A stretch of 64,000 bases of DNA from the human T2T-CHM13v2.0 reference genome, Homo sapiens, in contig CP086569.2 of NCBI GenBank assembly GCA_009914755.4, positions 20,544,001 through 20,608,000 on the forward strand. Reading direction: 5' to 3'. The notes under the pieces were generated by a model. That model was not told the DNA's origin. It ran no database searches and saw nothing but the letters and a program-made list of their open reading frames with translations. Each line of letters opens with the position of its first letter. Position 1 is the first letter of the stretch. Both the position numbers and the translations under genes were made by a program. Shown one piece after another: positions 13,195 to 23,399 of this stretch.

Positions 13195-14190
13195 TAAAAA
13201 ACCAGCTTGGCCACATTTTCACAGAACAGCTGTGCTGTGCTGATAAATCACCTCCATAACAGATAAACTTGGAGTCTCCAAAGCACAAAAGCTGGAATGG
13301 CTAAGTTGCCCAAACAGCAAAGATGGCAGCCAGACCATCTCTCTGAGAGCTGGGTCTCAGGGAAGTTTCAAATGTGCATAAGCTGAAGAACACTGGCAGG
13401 GATGACTGGAGGCCTGAATTGAGAGTCCTGCCCATTGAGGAGAAATGGAAGTTGAGACCCACTTAAAGAAGAAGTCTGGCTATATTTTTGTAGAGCAGCC
13501 ATGCTGTGCTGCTCTACAAAATGGGTACCACTTCTGCTCCTGGCTGGCTTGGACTCTCTAATGCTTGATGGCTAATATGGCTAAGTCACCCCAACAACAA
13601 CGAGGCAGCCCACCCCTCCTTCTGGGAGCTCTGTCCCAGGAAGTCTTCAAATTTTTATCAACTGCAGGATACCAGTGGGGGTGACTGAATGATCCAGTTG
13701 GGAGATCTCAACCAACGAGAAGGAACAGGAATGGGGGCCAACATTCAAAAACAGTCTTGCAGTTTTTGTAGAGCAGTTTTGCTGTACTGGCAGATCTCTT
13801 CTGCCTCTGGTTGACTTGACTCTCCAAAGCCTGAAGGCTGGAATGGCTGAGTCACCCGAAAAGTAAAGATGGTGGCCTACCCCTCCCTCTGGGAGCTCCA
13901 TCCCAGGGAAGTTTCTAATCTCTGTCAGCTAGAGAACACTGGTGTGCATGGTTGGAGGCCCCATTTAGTAGGTCCCATCCAGTGAGGAGGAATAAGATTG
14001 GCTACCTACTTTAAAAAGCAGCCTTGCCATGTTTTCATAGAGCAGCCTTGCTGTACTAGGCAGTCCCTTCCACCATCAGTTGGCTTGAATTCTCCAAAAC
14101 CTGAAGGCTGGAAAGACCCAAGGAGTAAAGACAGTGGCCTGCTTCTCCTGATAGGAGCTCCATCTTATGTGGCTACTGATGGCAGTCTGG
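13195..14190. repeat. Tandem array, ~4 copies of a ~245-255-bp unit, inside the ERV where gag would be expected
   Basis: Recurring blocks: tttttgtagagcagc[c/t][a/t]tgctgt[g/a]ctg...ggctggcttggactctc...gaaggctggaatggctaagt...aaagatgg[c/t]ggcc...ccctct(c)tgggagctc[c/t][a/g]tcccagg(g)aagtt...agaacactgg...ggatgactggaggcc. Copies start at ~13195, ~13441, ~13745 and ~14010, with ~75-85% similarity between them. Confidence 0.75.
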
Positions 14191-14399
14191 AATTCCAAGC
14201 CAGAGTGCATTTTCCTTTGAGGTGCCATGGAAGTAATGTCTGCAAACTCACTGCTCAGCCCCCTGGATTCAGCCTCTTTCCTAGGTGTATGTGTCAGTGT
14301 CTAACCTCCCACTGTGCCAGAGTTGCAGCTACTTTGGCTGGGAAGCCAAGAGGACCTGAGTATCTAAGGCTCCTGGGTCTCCACGTGTGCATGAGCAGC

Positions 14400-14703
14400 T
14401 GCTCTACCAAGACTCCATGTAGCTCTGAAGGACCCGGTAAAGTGGACTCAAGGGGGTCCCCTGGCCTGAGGTTGCAAAGAACTTTGAAACATGTGTGAGT
14501 TTATTTACTGCTACTCTGGGTTGATGAGGTACCTTTGGCCCTGTGTTGCTCCCAAGTGTGTCATCATCCTGTCTTGCTTTTCTTTGTTCTCCATGAATCA
14601 AGTTCTTTCCTTGATTAGTCCCACCGTGAGTACCTGAATGTTTCAGTTCAAGGTGCACAATAGCTGCTTCTAGTCAGCCCTCTTGACTGCCTCTTACTTG
14701 ACA
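14400..14703 (-). mobile_element. Putative 5' LTR of the gamma-like ERV (U3/R fragment with a polyadenylation signal)
   Basis: Minus-strand aataaactcacacatg (AATAAA) at ~14497-14512. The reverse complement begins tgtcaagtaag (TG...) at 14703. No convincing PBS was identified and the boundaries are uncertain. Confidence 0.3.
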
Positions 14704-15368
14704 TTTTAAAAGGTGGTATTTGTATGAATATATTATTAATAATATTAATTATTCATTAATACAGATAATAATGTGTTAAAAAATTATTTGAGATTCTTCT
14801 AATTCTGACATCTTGGACTATGTTTTCAGTTATAATTGTGGTTCTTATTTAATTATAGTCCACAAAAATAACCAAAATTTTTGGACAATTTTATCTTTAA
14901 TAATGACCACTATTATAAAGTCTTTTTTCTTTACATTTTTAATTTTTGTGAGTACACAGTAGGAATATACACTTACCGGGTACATGACATATTTTGATAC
15001 AGACATGCAGTGCCTAATAATCACATCATGGCAAATGTGATATGCATCCTTTCAAAAATTTAGCCTTTGTGTTAAAAAACATCCAATTGTAGTTTTTAAT
15101 TTTTACATGTACAAAGTTATTATTGACTATAGTTATCCTACTGTGCTATCAAACACTAGATCTTATTCATTCTTTGTAGCTATTTTTTAATGGTACCCAT
15201 CAACCATCCCTACTTCCCCAATTTCTCCACTGCCTTCCCCAGTCTATGGTAACCATACTTTTATTATCACGATGAGTTCAATTGTTTTCATTTTTAGCTC
15301 CCACAAATAAGTGAGAGCATACAAAATTTGCCTTTCTTTGCCTGACTTATTTCACTTGACCGGCAGTT

Positions 15369-15698
15369 TCATTCATGTTGTTGTGAATGACAGGATCTCA
15401 TTCTTGTTATGGCTGAATAGGAATCCATTGTGTATATGTATCTCATTTTCTTCATCCATTCCTCTCCTGATAGACCTTTAGATTGCTTCCAAATCTTGAC
15501 GATTGTGAAGAGTACTGCAAGAAATGACAGTGCAGATATCTGTTCAATATTCTGATTGACATTCTTTGGAGTATATACCTGGCAGTGTGATTGTTGGATA
15601 GTATGGAAGCTCAATATTGAGTCTTTTTTTCTAGGAATCTCCAGACTCTTATCCATAGTGAATGTCTGAATGTACATAAACTTCAACAGCGTTGGCAT
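15369..15698 (-). pseudogene. L1 ORF2 C-terminal remnant
   Basis: 109-aa frame similar to L1 ORF2 ...[38 protein letters not shown]. Confidence 0.75.
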
Positions 15699-18600
15699 GT
15701 TTCCTTTTCTTCACATCCTCTCTGCTATTTGTTATTGCCTATCTTTTGGATATAAGCAATTTTAACTGCAGCAAGATAATATCTCATTATACTTTTGATT
15801 TCCATTTGGCTGAAGATCAGTGATGTTGAGCACATTTACTTACACCTGTTTGTCATTTGTATGTCTTCCTTTGATGAATGTTTATTTAAATATGTGGCCA
15901 ATTTTTAAATGGAATTATTAAATATTTTCTACAGATTTGTTTGGGTTACTTACATGTTCTGGTTGTTAATCCCTTGTCACATAGGTAGCTTACAAGTATT
16001 TTCTTTCGTTCTGTGGGTTGTCTCTTCACTACACTGTTTCATTTGCTGCGCAGAAGCTTTTTAACTTGATGTAATGCTACTTGTCCATTTTTGTTTTGGT
16101 TGCCTATGCCTGTGGGGCATTACTCCGTAATTTTTTTAACCCCAGCAACTGTCCTGGAGATTCCTCCAATTTTTTTCTTGCAGTAGCTTCATAGTTTGAA
16201 GTCTTAGAGTCTTTAATCTATTTTGATTTAATTCTTGTATATGGTGAGAGAGGGTTTCATTCTTCTGCATATGAAAATCCAGTTTTCCCGGAAGTATTAA
16301 TTGAATAGACGGTCATTCCTCCAACGTATGGATTTGCATATGATGTATAGATTTGCTTCTAGTTTTAAAATTCTGTTCCACTAGTCTATGCATCTGTTTT
16401 CAAATCAGTACCACGCTGTTTGATTACTATAGCTAAGTAGTGTACTTTGAAGTCAGGTAATGTAATTCCTCCAATTTTGTTCTTTTTGCTCAGGGTAGCT
16501 TTGGCTATTCTGGGTCTTTGGTAGCTCCATACAAATTTTACAAATCTGTTTCTATTTCCATGGAGAATATCATTAGTGTTTTGGTAGGTATTGCAATTAA
16601 TCTGTAGATTTCCCTGGGTAGTACGAACACTTTGATAATTTTTTTTTTTCAGTTCATGAACATGGAAGATTTTCCCATTTTTTTAGTGTCCTCCTCAATT
16701 TTTTAAACTTTTAGGTTCAGGAGTAAATGTGAAGGTTTATTATTTAGGTACTCTTATGTTTTGGGGGTTTGTTCTACAGATTATTTCATCGCCCAGGTAT
16801 TATGGCTACTATCCGTTAGTAGTTTTTCCTGCTCCTCTCCCTCCTCTCATATTCCACCATCTCGTAGGCCTCGGGGTCTCCTTTTTTCTGTATGTCCATG
16901 CATTCTCATTGGTTAGCTCCCACTTAAAAATGAAAACATGCAGTATTTTGTTTTCCGTTTCTCCATTAATTTGCTCAGGATAATGGCCTTCGGCTTCATT
17001 CATGTTCATACAAAGAACATAATCTCATTTCTTTTTTATGTCTGCATAGTATTCCATGACAAATATATACCACATTTTCTTTACACAGTCTACCCTTGAT
17101 GGGTATTTCAGTCATTCCATGTCTTTGCCGTTGTAAATAATGCTTCAGTGAACATATACATGCATTTATTTTTATAAAAGACTGATTTATACTCCTTAGG
17201 TTAGATACCCAGTAATGATCTTGCTGGGTTGAATGGTAGTTCTATCTTTAGGTCTTCAAGAAATTTCCACATTGTTTTTCACAATGGTTGAACAAATTTA
17301 CACTCCCACTAAAAGTACACAATCATTTTTTTTTCTCCAAAACCTCACTAGCACCAGTTATTGTTTGACATTTTAATAGCCGTTCTGACTAGTATGAGAT
17401 GTCATCTAATTGTAGCTTTGATTTGCATTTCTCTGATGATCAGTAAGATTGAGCTTCTTTTTATATGGCTTTTGGCTACATGCATATTCTATTTTGAAAT
17501 ATATCTGTTTCCCATGGGGTTGTTTGTCTTCGGCTTGTTAATGTGGGTAAGTTCCTTACAGATGTTGGATATTAGACTTTTGTGAGGTGCATAGTTTGCT
17601 AATATTTTCTTTTATTCTATAGGCTTTGTGTTGTTGATAGTTACTTTTACTATGCAGAAGTTCTTTATTTTAATAACATCTCTTTGGTCAATTTTTGGTT
17701 GCATTGCTATTGCTTTTGGTTTCCTCATCATAAAATCGTTTCCTATTTCTATGCCAGAATATTGTCTAGGTGATCATCCAGAGTTTCTACAGTTTTAGGT
17801 TTTCCATTCTAATCTTTAATCCATCTTGAGTTATTTTTTGTGCATGGAGTGAGAAAAGAGTGAAGTTTTAATCTTCTGCATATAGCTAGAGAGTTATCTC
17901 ATCACTTATTGATGAGGGAGTTCTTTTCCCTTTGCGTATCTTTGACAACTTTGTTTAAGATCTGATGGTTGTATATACGCAGCTTTGTTTGTATTATCTA
18001 AACTCTCCTGTTGGTCTATATGTCTGTTTTCATACCAGTATTATGCTGTTACTATAACCTTGTAGTATATTTTGTATATACACTGTAGTGTAGTATATTT
18101 TATAGCCAGGTAGTGTGATGCCTCTTGCTTTTGCTTTGTTTTTGCACAGGAACTTTCTGTTTGGGCTGTTTTTCAGTTGCATGTAAATTTTATAATAGTT
18201 TTTTTTCCCCCAATTCTATAAAGAATGTCATTTGTAGTTTAATACAAATAACATTCAATCTGTAATTGCTTTGGGCAGTTTGGCCATCTTAATAATATTG
18301 ATTCATCCTATTTGTGACCATAGCAAAATTTTCATTTTTTTATGTCACCAGTGAATTGTGTTTTGTATATCTTGGTACAGAGATCATTTATCTACCTGAT
18401 TTAGTTGTATCCCTAGGTGGTTTATTCTTTTTGTAATTACTGTGCAAGAGATTATATTTTTGATTTGGCTTTCTGCTTGAACATTGTTGATTTTTAAAAA
18501 TGATACTAATTTTGTACATTAATTTTCTCTTCTGAAACTTTGCTAAAATTGTTTTTCATGTCTAGGAGCTTTCTACCAGAGACTATAGGGTTTTCTAAGT

Positions 18601-18760
18601 GTAGACACATCATCCACAAAGAGAGATGGTTTGACTTTCTTTACCCTTATTTAAATGCTTCTATTTCTTTCTTTTGCCTGATTAATCTGGTTAGAACTTT
18701 CAGTATATGTTGAATAGGAGTCGTGTGTATAAACATCCTTTCTTCCCTACTCTTCCAGGT

Positions 18761-18785
18761 TTTGTTGTTGTTGTTGTTGTTGTTT
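18761..18785. repeat. (GTT)n microsatellite followed by a T-rich run
   Basis: gttgttgttgttgttgttgtt then tttatttttttttggtttttgtgtttttttt. Confidence 0.7.
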
Positions 18786-19488
18786 ATTTTTTTTTGGTTT
18801 TTGTGTTTTTTTTAACCATTTAGTATAACCCTGGCTGTGGGTTTGTCATAGATGGCTCTTATTATTGTGAGATGTTATTTTTCAATGCCTAGTTTATGGA
18901 GGTTTTAATAGAAAGAGATGCCAAATTTCTCTAAGAGCCTTTTCTGAATCTACCAAAATAATCTTCTTTAAAAAGTTTGGTTTATGTGGCTAATCACATT
19001 TACTAAATTGCAAGTTTTGAACCATCCTTGCACTACAAACATCAGTCTTTCTTGATCATGGCAGACTAACTTTCTCATGTGCTACCGGATTCAGTTTGCT
19101 AGTATTACATTTGAACTTGAGGTGCCACTATACCACCATGTTTCCAGATAATAGGAACGCTTGCTGTGTTTCTTACCATTTCTACCATCTGATCATTTTG
19201 TTCGAACAGCTGAACATAGTGTCACCATGGCACACAGTGTGAGAAGTGCAATTCAAGCTAAACATCCCCTTAGGGGATGAATCAATAATGATTCCATAGG
19301 AATGGTTGTGCAGCACCTCTGCCTGTTCTGCATTGCAGTCTTCCGAAACAAGTACATTTATTATTTCTGGCCAGGTTCAATTCTGTTTACAAATAGATTT
19401 TTGAGGGTGGTATGCTTCAATTATAGAAGCAGATTTATTATGATAAATACTGACACCAGAAAGCCTGTGTAACTGTGTCATGGAGTGA

Positions 19489-19722
19489 TTACATCCAGGC
19501 ATTATTGCCAGCCAAGGCTGATAAATATCCCCAATAAGTATAATTGTTCTCTGTGTCAGCCCTTGTTGAAGGAATACTCATGGCAGTGGTGATTACCGCT
19601 ATCATAGCTATCATTAAATTAATCATTGTGATTGGAAGGCTCAATGTCCCTCTTTCCTCAGGTTTTCTTCTGCCATCTGTGACAGCTTCTTGATCTGTCC
19701 CCACATAGGTGGCTGTGTTCAA
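19489..19722 (-). pseudogene. Retroviral env transmembrane (fusion-peptide region) remnant
   Basis: LMIAMIAVITTAMSIPSTRADTENNYTYW resembles the HERV-K TM N-terminus [27 protein letters not shown]. Truncated at ~19100 by the L1 5' end. Confidence 0.4.
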
Positions 19723-20155
19723 CGGGTGTTGCTTGTGACAGTTGGGGTCCTTCTCAGCCTCAGTCTTGACATGGCTGCAACCGTGGGGTCCTCAGGATCC
19801 TCCTGGAATCTCTTCCTTGGCGTCTGGCTCATGATAAGGTTTCAGGTGTCTTGGTGGTATCCAAATTGGCTGCTGGTTCTGGCCTGGAGAAACACAAGAA
19901 TAACCTCTAGCCTAAGTTATTATTTTATCTATTTCCCAACTATTTGTTATCAGATCTCTCCACTAAAGCAGTTGTTATGCTTCTGTCTTTGCAGCTGGTT
20001 TCTGTAGATGCTGTTCAGCTGCTGATAACATCTGGCCTTTATGCAGGCTCAAAAAATTTGGAGTTAATAAAGTTCAGTTATATATGTGATGTCCCTGTTT
20101 CCCCCTTTTTCTGTTTTTGTTAACTGCTGTTTCAGGGAGAGATTCATTCTTTCTA

Positions 20156-20650
20156 CTATGGTTTGTCCTTGAGAATCATATGGGAGGCCAGTAATGTGTT
20201 TAATATTCCATATAGAGAAAATGTAGCTAGAGCTTGGCTGGGATAGTCTGGGACATTATCTGTTTTAATAGAAGCTGGAATGTCCATCACTGCAAAACAC
20301 TGCAAAAGGTAATGTTTAACACAAGCAGAAGACTCTCCTGATTGGCAGGTAGCCCAGACAAAGTGAGAAAAAGTGTCCACACATACATGTACATAAACTA
20401 GTTTCCCAAATGAGGGAACATGTGTGACATCCATTTGCCAAAGAGCATTAGGTTTCAATCCTCGAGGATTAACTCCTTTTGTAAAAGATGAAGAATGTAC
20501 CATTTGGCAAGATGTGCATCGCTGAATAATCACTTTAGCTTCTTTCCAGGTAATGCTGTATCTGCGTTTGAGACCAGAGGCATTTACATGGGTTAAGTTG
20601 TGAAAGTGTCTAGCATTAGACATTGCAGTAGCAACTAGATGATCAGCCAT
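20156..20650 (-). CDS. Open 164-aa retroviral integrase fragment (HHCC zinc-binding domain plus the start of the catalytic core), betaretrovirus/HERV-K-like
   Basis: Uninterrupted minus-strand ORF with H..H..C..C (HFHNLTH...CTSC) and the core D residues ([17 protein letters not shown]). It ends before the catalytic E, so it is not a complete integrase. Confidence 0.7.
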
Positions 20651-20659
20651 TTGATTCCC

Positions 20660-21368
20660 TGCAAAGGTCCTGGAAGTAGTGTATGAGCCCTAATGTGATT
20701 GATGTAAAAAGGGTGTATTCTACTCCTAACTGCTGTTTGCAATTGAATAAATAAAGTCATCAGTTGTTCATCTACATGAAATCATAACTGAGCATTTTCA
20801 ATTAATTGTGTGGAATGAACCACACATAAAGAATCAGAAATCACATTAATAGGCATATCAAAGTAGTCAATACCTCAATTACAGCTACAAGCTTGGCTTT
20901 TTGAGCTGAAGTTTAGGGCATCTGGAAAACTCTACCTTTTGAGCCAGAATAAGAAGCTTTACCATTACTACACCCATCTGTGAAGACATTCTCAGCACCT
21001 TTAGTTGGTTTAAATTTAGTTATTTCAGAGAGAATCCAATTAGTTAATTTCAAAAATTGAAACAGTTTCATTTTAGGAAAATGATTATCAAGAATACTCA
21101 CAAAGTCAGCTAAATGGGTTTGCCAAGTAAGACTATTTATAAAAGCTTGCTCTATTTGTGCCTTCTTGAGAGAGACAATAATTTCTTTAGGATCATATCC
21201 ATGTAATTTAACAATCCAAGTTCTCCCATTTCCTGTCATAGTAGCACTTGGATCCAAATAAGGAGTTAGAGTTTGTGAATTAGTATGTGGAAGAAAAAGC
21301 CACTCTAAAAGATCTTTCTCTTGAACAATAACACCAGTAGGTGAATGATGAGTTGGAAAAATTAGCAA
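20660..21368 (-). pseudogene. RT C-terminal / RNase H remnant of the HERV-K-like element
   Basis: ORF 20913-21368 ends ...KGAENVFTDGCSNGKASYSGSKGRVFQ (RNase H start). Further minus-strand frames give SAQKA(E)LVAVI and [12 protein letters not shown] (HERV-K HIRAHTNLPGPL). Confidence 0.65.
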
Positions 21369-21699
21369 ATCTAGAGTCTTCTCTGGATTTATTCTGTTTG
21401 TTTGAGCTTTATGGAATTGCTTTTGAATCAGCTATAATTCTGCCTCGGCCTCCTTTGTTAATTGTTATTACCCAATAAGCTGCTTTGCCTTGTTTATTTA
21501 TGCTTCCAAATCCTCCTGTTCATTTAATTTCACTTTTTTCCATTCCCACATATGGCAAAATCAGAAGTTGTGCTATATGCTCTTCTGGCTCTGCTTTCCA
21601 GGGAACAGAAGTAGGTATAACAATTTGAATTTCCCCATTATAATCTGAATCAATGACTTCTGTATGTACTTGCACTCCTTTTTAATTTAAATATATCTA

Positions 21700-21900
21700 C
21701 CTAGAAGTAATCCTACCATCCCCATTGGCAACATCTGACTGGAGACAGCAATATTCTTTAACAGTAACATAATAAAAGGAAAACCTGGTCCATATTGATT
21801 AATAGCTTGTTTAAATTCTTTGAGTAATTTAAAAGGGAAAGGTTCAAATGTAGCTATATTTCCCTGTTGATTTAGGGGGTGTATTCTAACAGGGAACTGC
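21700..21900 (-). pseudogene. gag capsid remnant of the HERV-K-like element
   Basis: EPFPFKLLKEFKQAINQYGPGFPFIML ~ HERV-K CA ...LAELKQLKQAVKQYGPNSPYMRTLL. Only ~0.8 kb separates this from RNase H, so NC/PR/RT are mostly deleted. Confidence 0.45.
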
Positions 21901-22384
21901 CATGCCTCTATATCACGCTCTCATCTAGCTTGCTGAATTCCTGCCTGAATAGAACTGAGAGTGGTCGCTTGAGGTGCTGCTTGAACAGTCACTGGGGAAA
22001 CTACTTTTCACCCAGTGTCCTCTGGAAAAGAATGATATGGAGGTTCAGGCCATGCTTTTTCTTCAAAATAAGGATGATGTGAAGAAGGGTAGGGATGGAC
22101 CTCTTCCTCCTTTGACACTTTAGCTGGCAAACAAATCTGCTGTTACCTCTTCTGTTACTTCATTTTACTTTTCTTCCTCCTCTTCATTAGTGTGAAAAGG
22201 TTCCAAGGGGGAACAAACCAGAGTACACAGTTGTCCCATTGTTACTCTGATGCTTCCGAGCTCCCCTTCTTACTCACCACAGGGACAGCTTAAGAGTAGT
22301 TGGGTGTCCTCCAGCTTAGTTCCACATTCTCAAATCATCACTCTGGTGACCCTTTGACCTGGGTTCAAGCCCCATGCATGGGCA

Positions 22385-22925
22385 CCACTTGCCGAGAATA
22401 GCTTCATCATGGAGACCCTAACCCAGTGGCGCTAGAGGAATTAAAGATACACACATAGAGAGTGTGGAGTGGGATATCAAGGGACTTACAGCTTTCAGAG
22501 ATTGGAGCCCCAAACAGAGTTTTACCCACATATTTATTGACAGCAAGCCAGTGATAAGCATTGTTTCTACAGATTAACTAAAAGTATTCCTTACAGGAAA
22601 CAAAGGGATGGGCTCTGGCTAGTTATTTGCAGCAGCAATATATCCTTAAGGCACAGATCGCTCATGCCATTGTTTGTGGTTTAGGAGCACCTTTAAGTGG
22701 TTTTCCGCCCTTGGTGAGCCAGGTCTCCTTTGCCTTCATTCGGGTAAACACACAACTTTCAGCGTGGGTGTCATGGCCATCACAAGCATGTCACAGTGCT
22801 GCAGAGATTTTGTTTATGGCCAGTTTTGGGGCCAGTTTATGGCCAGATTTGGGGGCCTGTTCCCAACAGAAGTGAGGATGGCAAATTAGTATCAAAGATA
22901 TAGTTACTTTAGCTTCCAAATTCCA
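22385..22925 (-). mobile_element. 5' LTR (~540 bp) of the HERV-K(HML)-like element, with the adjacent Lys-like PBS at ~22362-22382
   Basis: Reverse complement shows U3-like ctggccataaactggccccaaaactggccataaacaaaatctctgcagcactgtgacatg and R-like ctgtcaataaatatgtggg (AATAAA). The exact LTR subfamily was not determined. Confidence 0.45.
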
Positions 22926-22947
22926 CCCATCTAATAAGGTTCTTATA

Positions 22948-23291
22948 CTCTATTTGTCCGTTTTCATGCTGCTAATAAAGACACACCTGAGACTAGGCAA
23001 TTTACAAAAGAAAGAGGTTTAATGGACTTACAGTTCCTTGTGGCTGGAGAAGCCTCACAATCATGGCAGAAGGCAGGGAGCAAGTCACATCTTATGTGGA
23101 AGGCAGCAGGCAAAGACAGAGCTTGTGCAGGGAAATGCCTCCTTGTAGGACTATCACATCTTGTAAGATTCATTCACTCTCACAAAAACAGCATGAGAAA
23201 GACCTGCCTCCATGATTCCCACTTGGGCCCTCCCACAAAACATGGGAATTCAAGATGACATTTGAGTTGGGATACAGCCAAGCCACATGAC
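22948..23291 (-). mobile_element. THE1/MST-type MaLR solo LTR
   Basis: Reverse complement reads tgtggcttggctgtatcccaactcaaatgtcatcttgaattcccatgttttgtgggagggcc...gccatgattgtgaggcttctccagccacaaggaactgtaagtccattaaacctctttcttttgtaaattgcctagtctcaggtgtgtctttattagcagcatgaaaacggacaaatagag, which tracks the THE1/MST consensus. Confidence 0.7.
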
Positions 23292-23399
23292 ACTCTTGTG
23301 CACCCTCCTTTATGGTGATGGTCCCTGAGTCTCTGAGTTGGGTAGGAAACTGGGTGATATGTTTCATCAATTTGTTTTCTGCTTGTAAGCAGAGGTCAC

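Larger units (their letters stand above)
8161..14703 (-). mobile_element. Class I (gammaretrovirus-like) endogenous retrovirus: partial env, pol, a tandem-repeat region and a putative 5' LTR; family unassigned
   Basis: Minus-strand translations give integrase (GEDWQINFTHM core; C-terminal GRKC.RPYTILLSNPLAVKIAGLHSWIDHTHGKA ~ MLV [32 protein letters not shown]). RNase H AQLAEIIILTRDLELSKGKAINIPTDSTYAF ~ MLV [31 protein letters not shown]. RT N-terminus EAIINHFKAQDLHKSCNSPFNSPILGLQKPVKEWRRLVQDPHLIND ~ MLV [42 protein letters not shown]. Order on the minus strand is env-IN-RNaseH-RT-PR, then toward higher coordinates. Confidence 0.7.
14900..19100 (-). mobile_element. LINE-1, older subfamily (L1PB/L1MA-like), 5'-truncated inside ORF2
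   Basis: Reverse complement of the L1PB-type 3'UTR (ctattcagccataacaagaatgagatcctgtcattcacaacaacatg...). Minus-strand ORF 15369-15698 matches the L1 ORF2 C-terminus (...LFTIVKIWKQSK..EEWMKKMRYIYTMDSYSAI). The ORF2 RT region lies near 19000. Confidence 0.8.
19100..22925 (-). mobile_element. HERV-K (HML)-like class II endogenous retrovirus provirus fragment: env TM, IN, RNase H, gag CA, PBS and 5' LTR; internally deleted
   Basis: Minus-strand integrase ORF closely matches HERV-K IN ([31 protein letters not shown]...[49 protein letters not shown]). RNase H NVFTDGCSNGKASYSG ~ HERV-K IFTDGSSNGKAAYTG. gag CA LKEFKQAINQYGPGFPFIM ~ HERV-K LKQLKQAVKQYGPNSPYM. PBS-like tggtgcccatgcatggggc ~ Lys PBS tggcgcccaacgtggggc. 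The LTR carries ggccataaactggccccaaaactggccataaacaaaatctctgcagcactgtgacatg. Confidence 0.7.

Noticed and set aside
13195-14190. Tandem array as a CRISPR array or satellite
   Set aside because: Units are ~250 bp, diverged from one another, and contiguous with no unique spacers. The context is inside an ERV, so it is reported as an ERV-associated tandem repeat.
14380-14420. tggtagagcagctgctc downstream of the putative gamma-ERV 5' LTR as a primer-binding site
   Set aside because: It does not match the 3' ends of tRNA-Pro, Lys, His, Phe, Trp, Glu or Arg as I recall them. A similar tgtagagcagc motif recurs inside every tandem-repeat unit, so it is more likely repeat sequence than a PBS.
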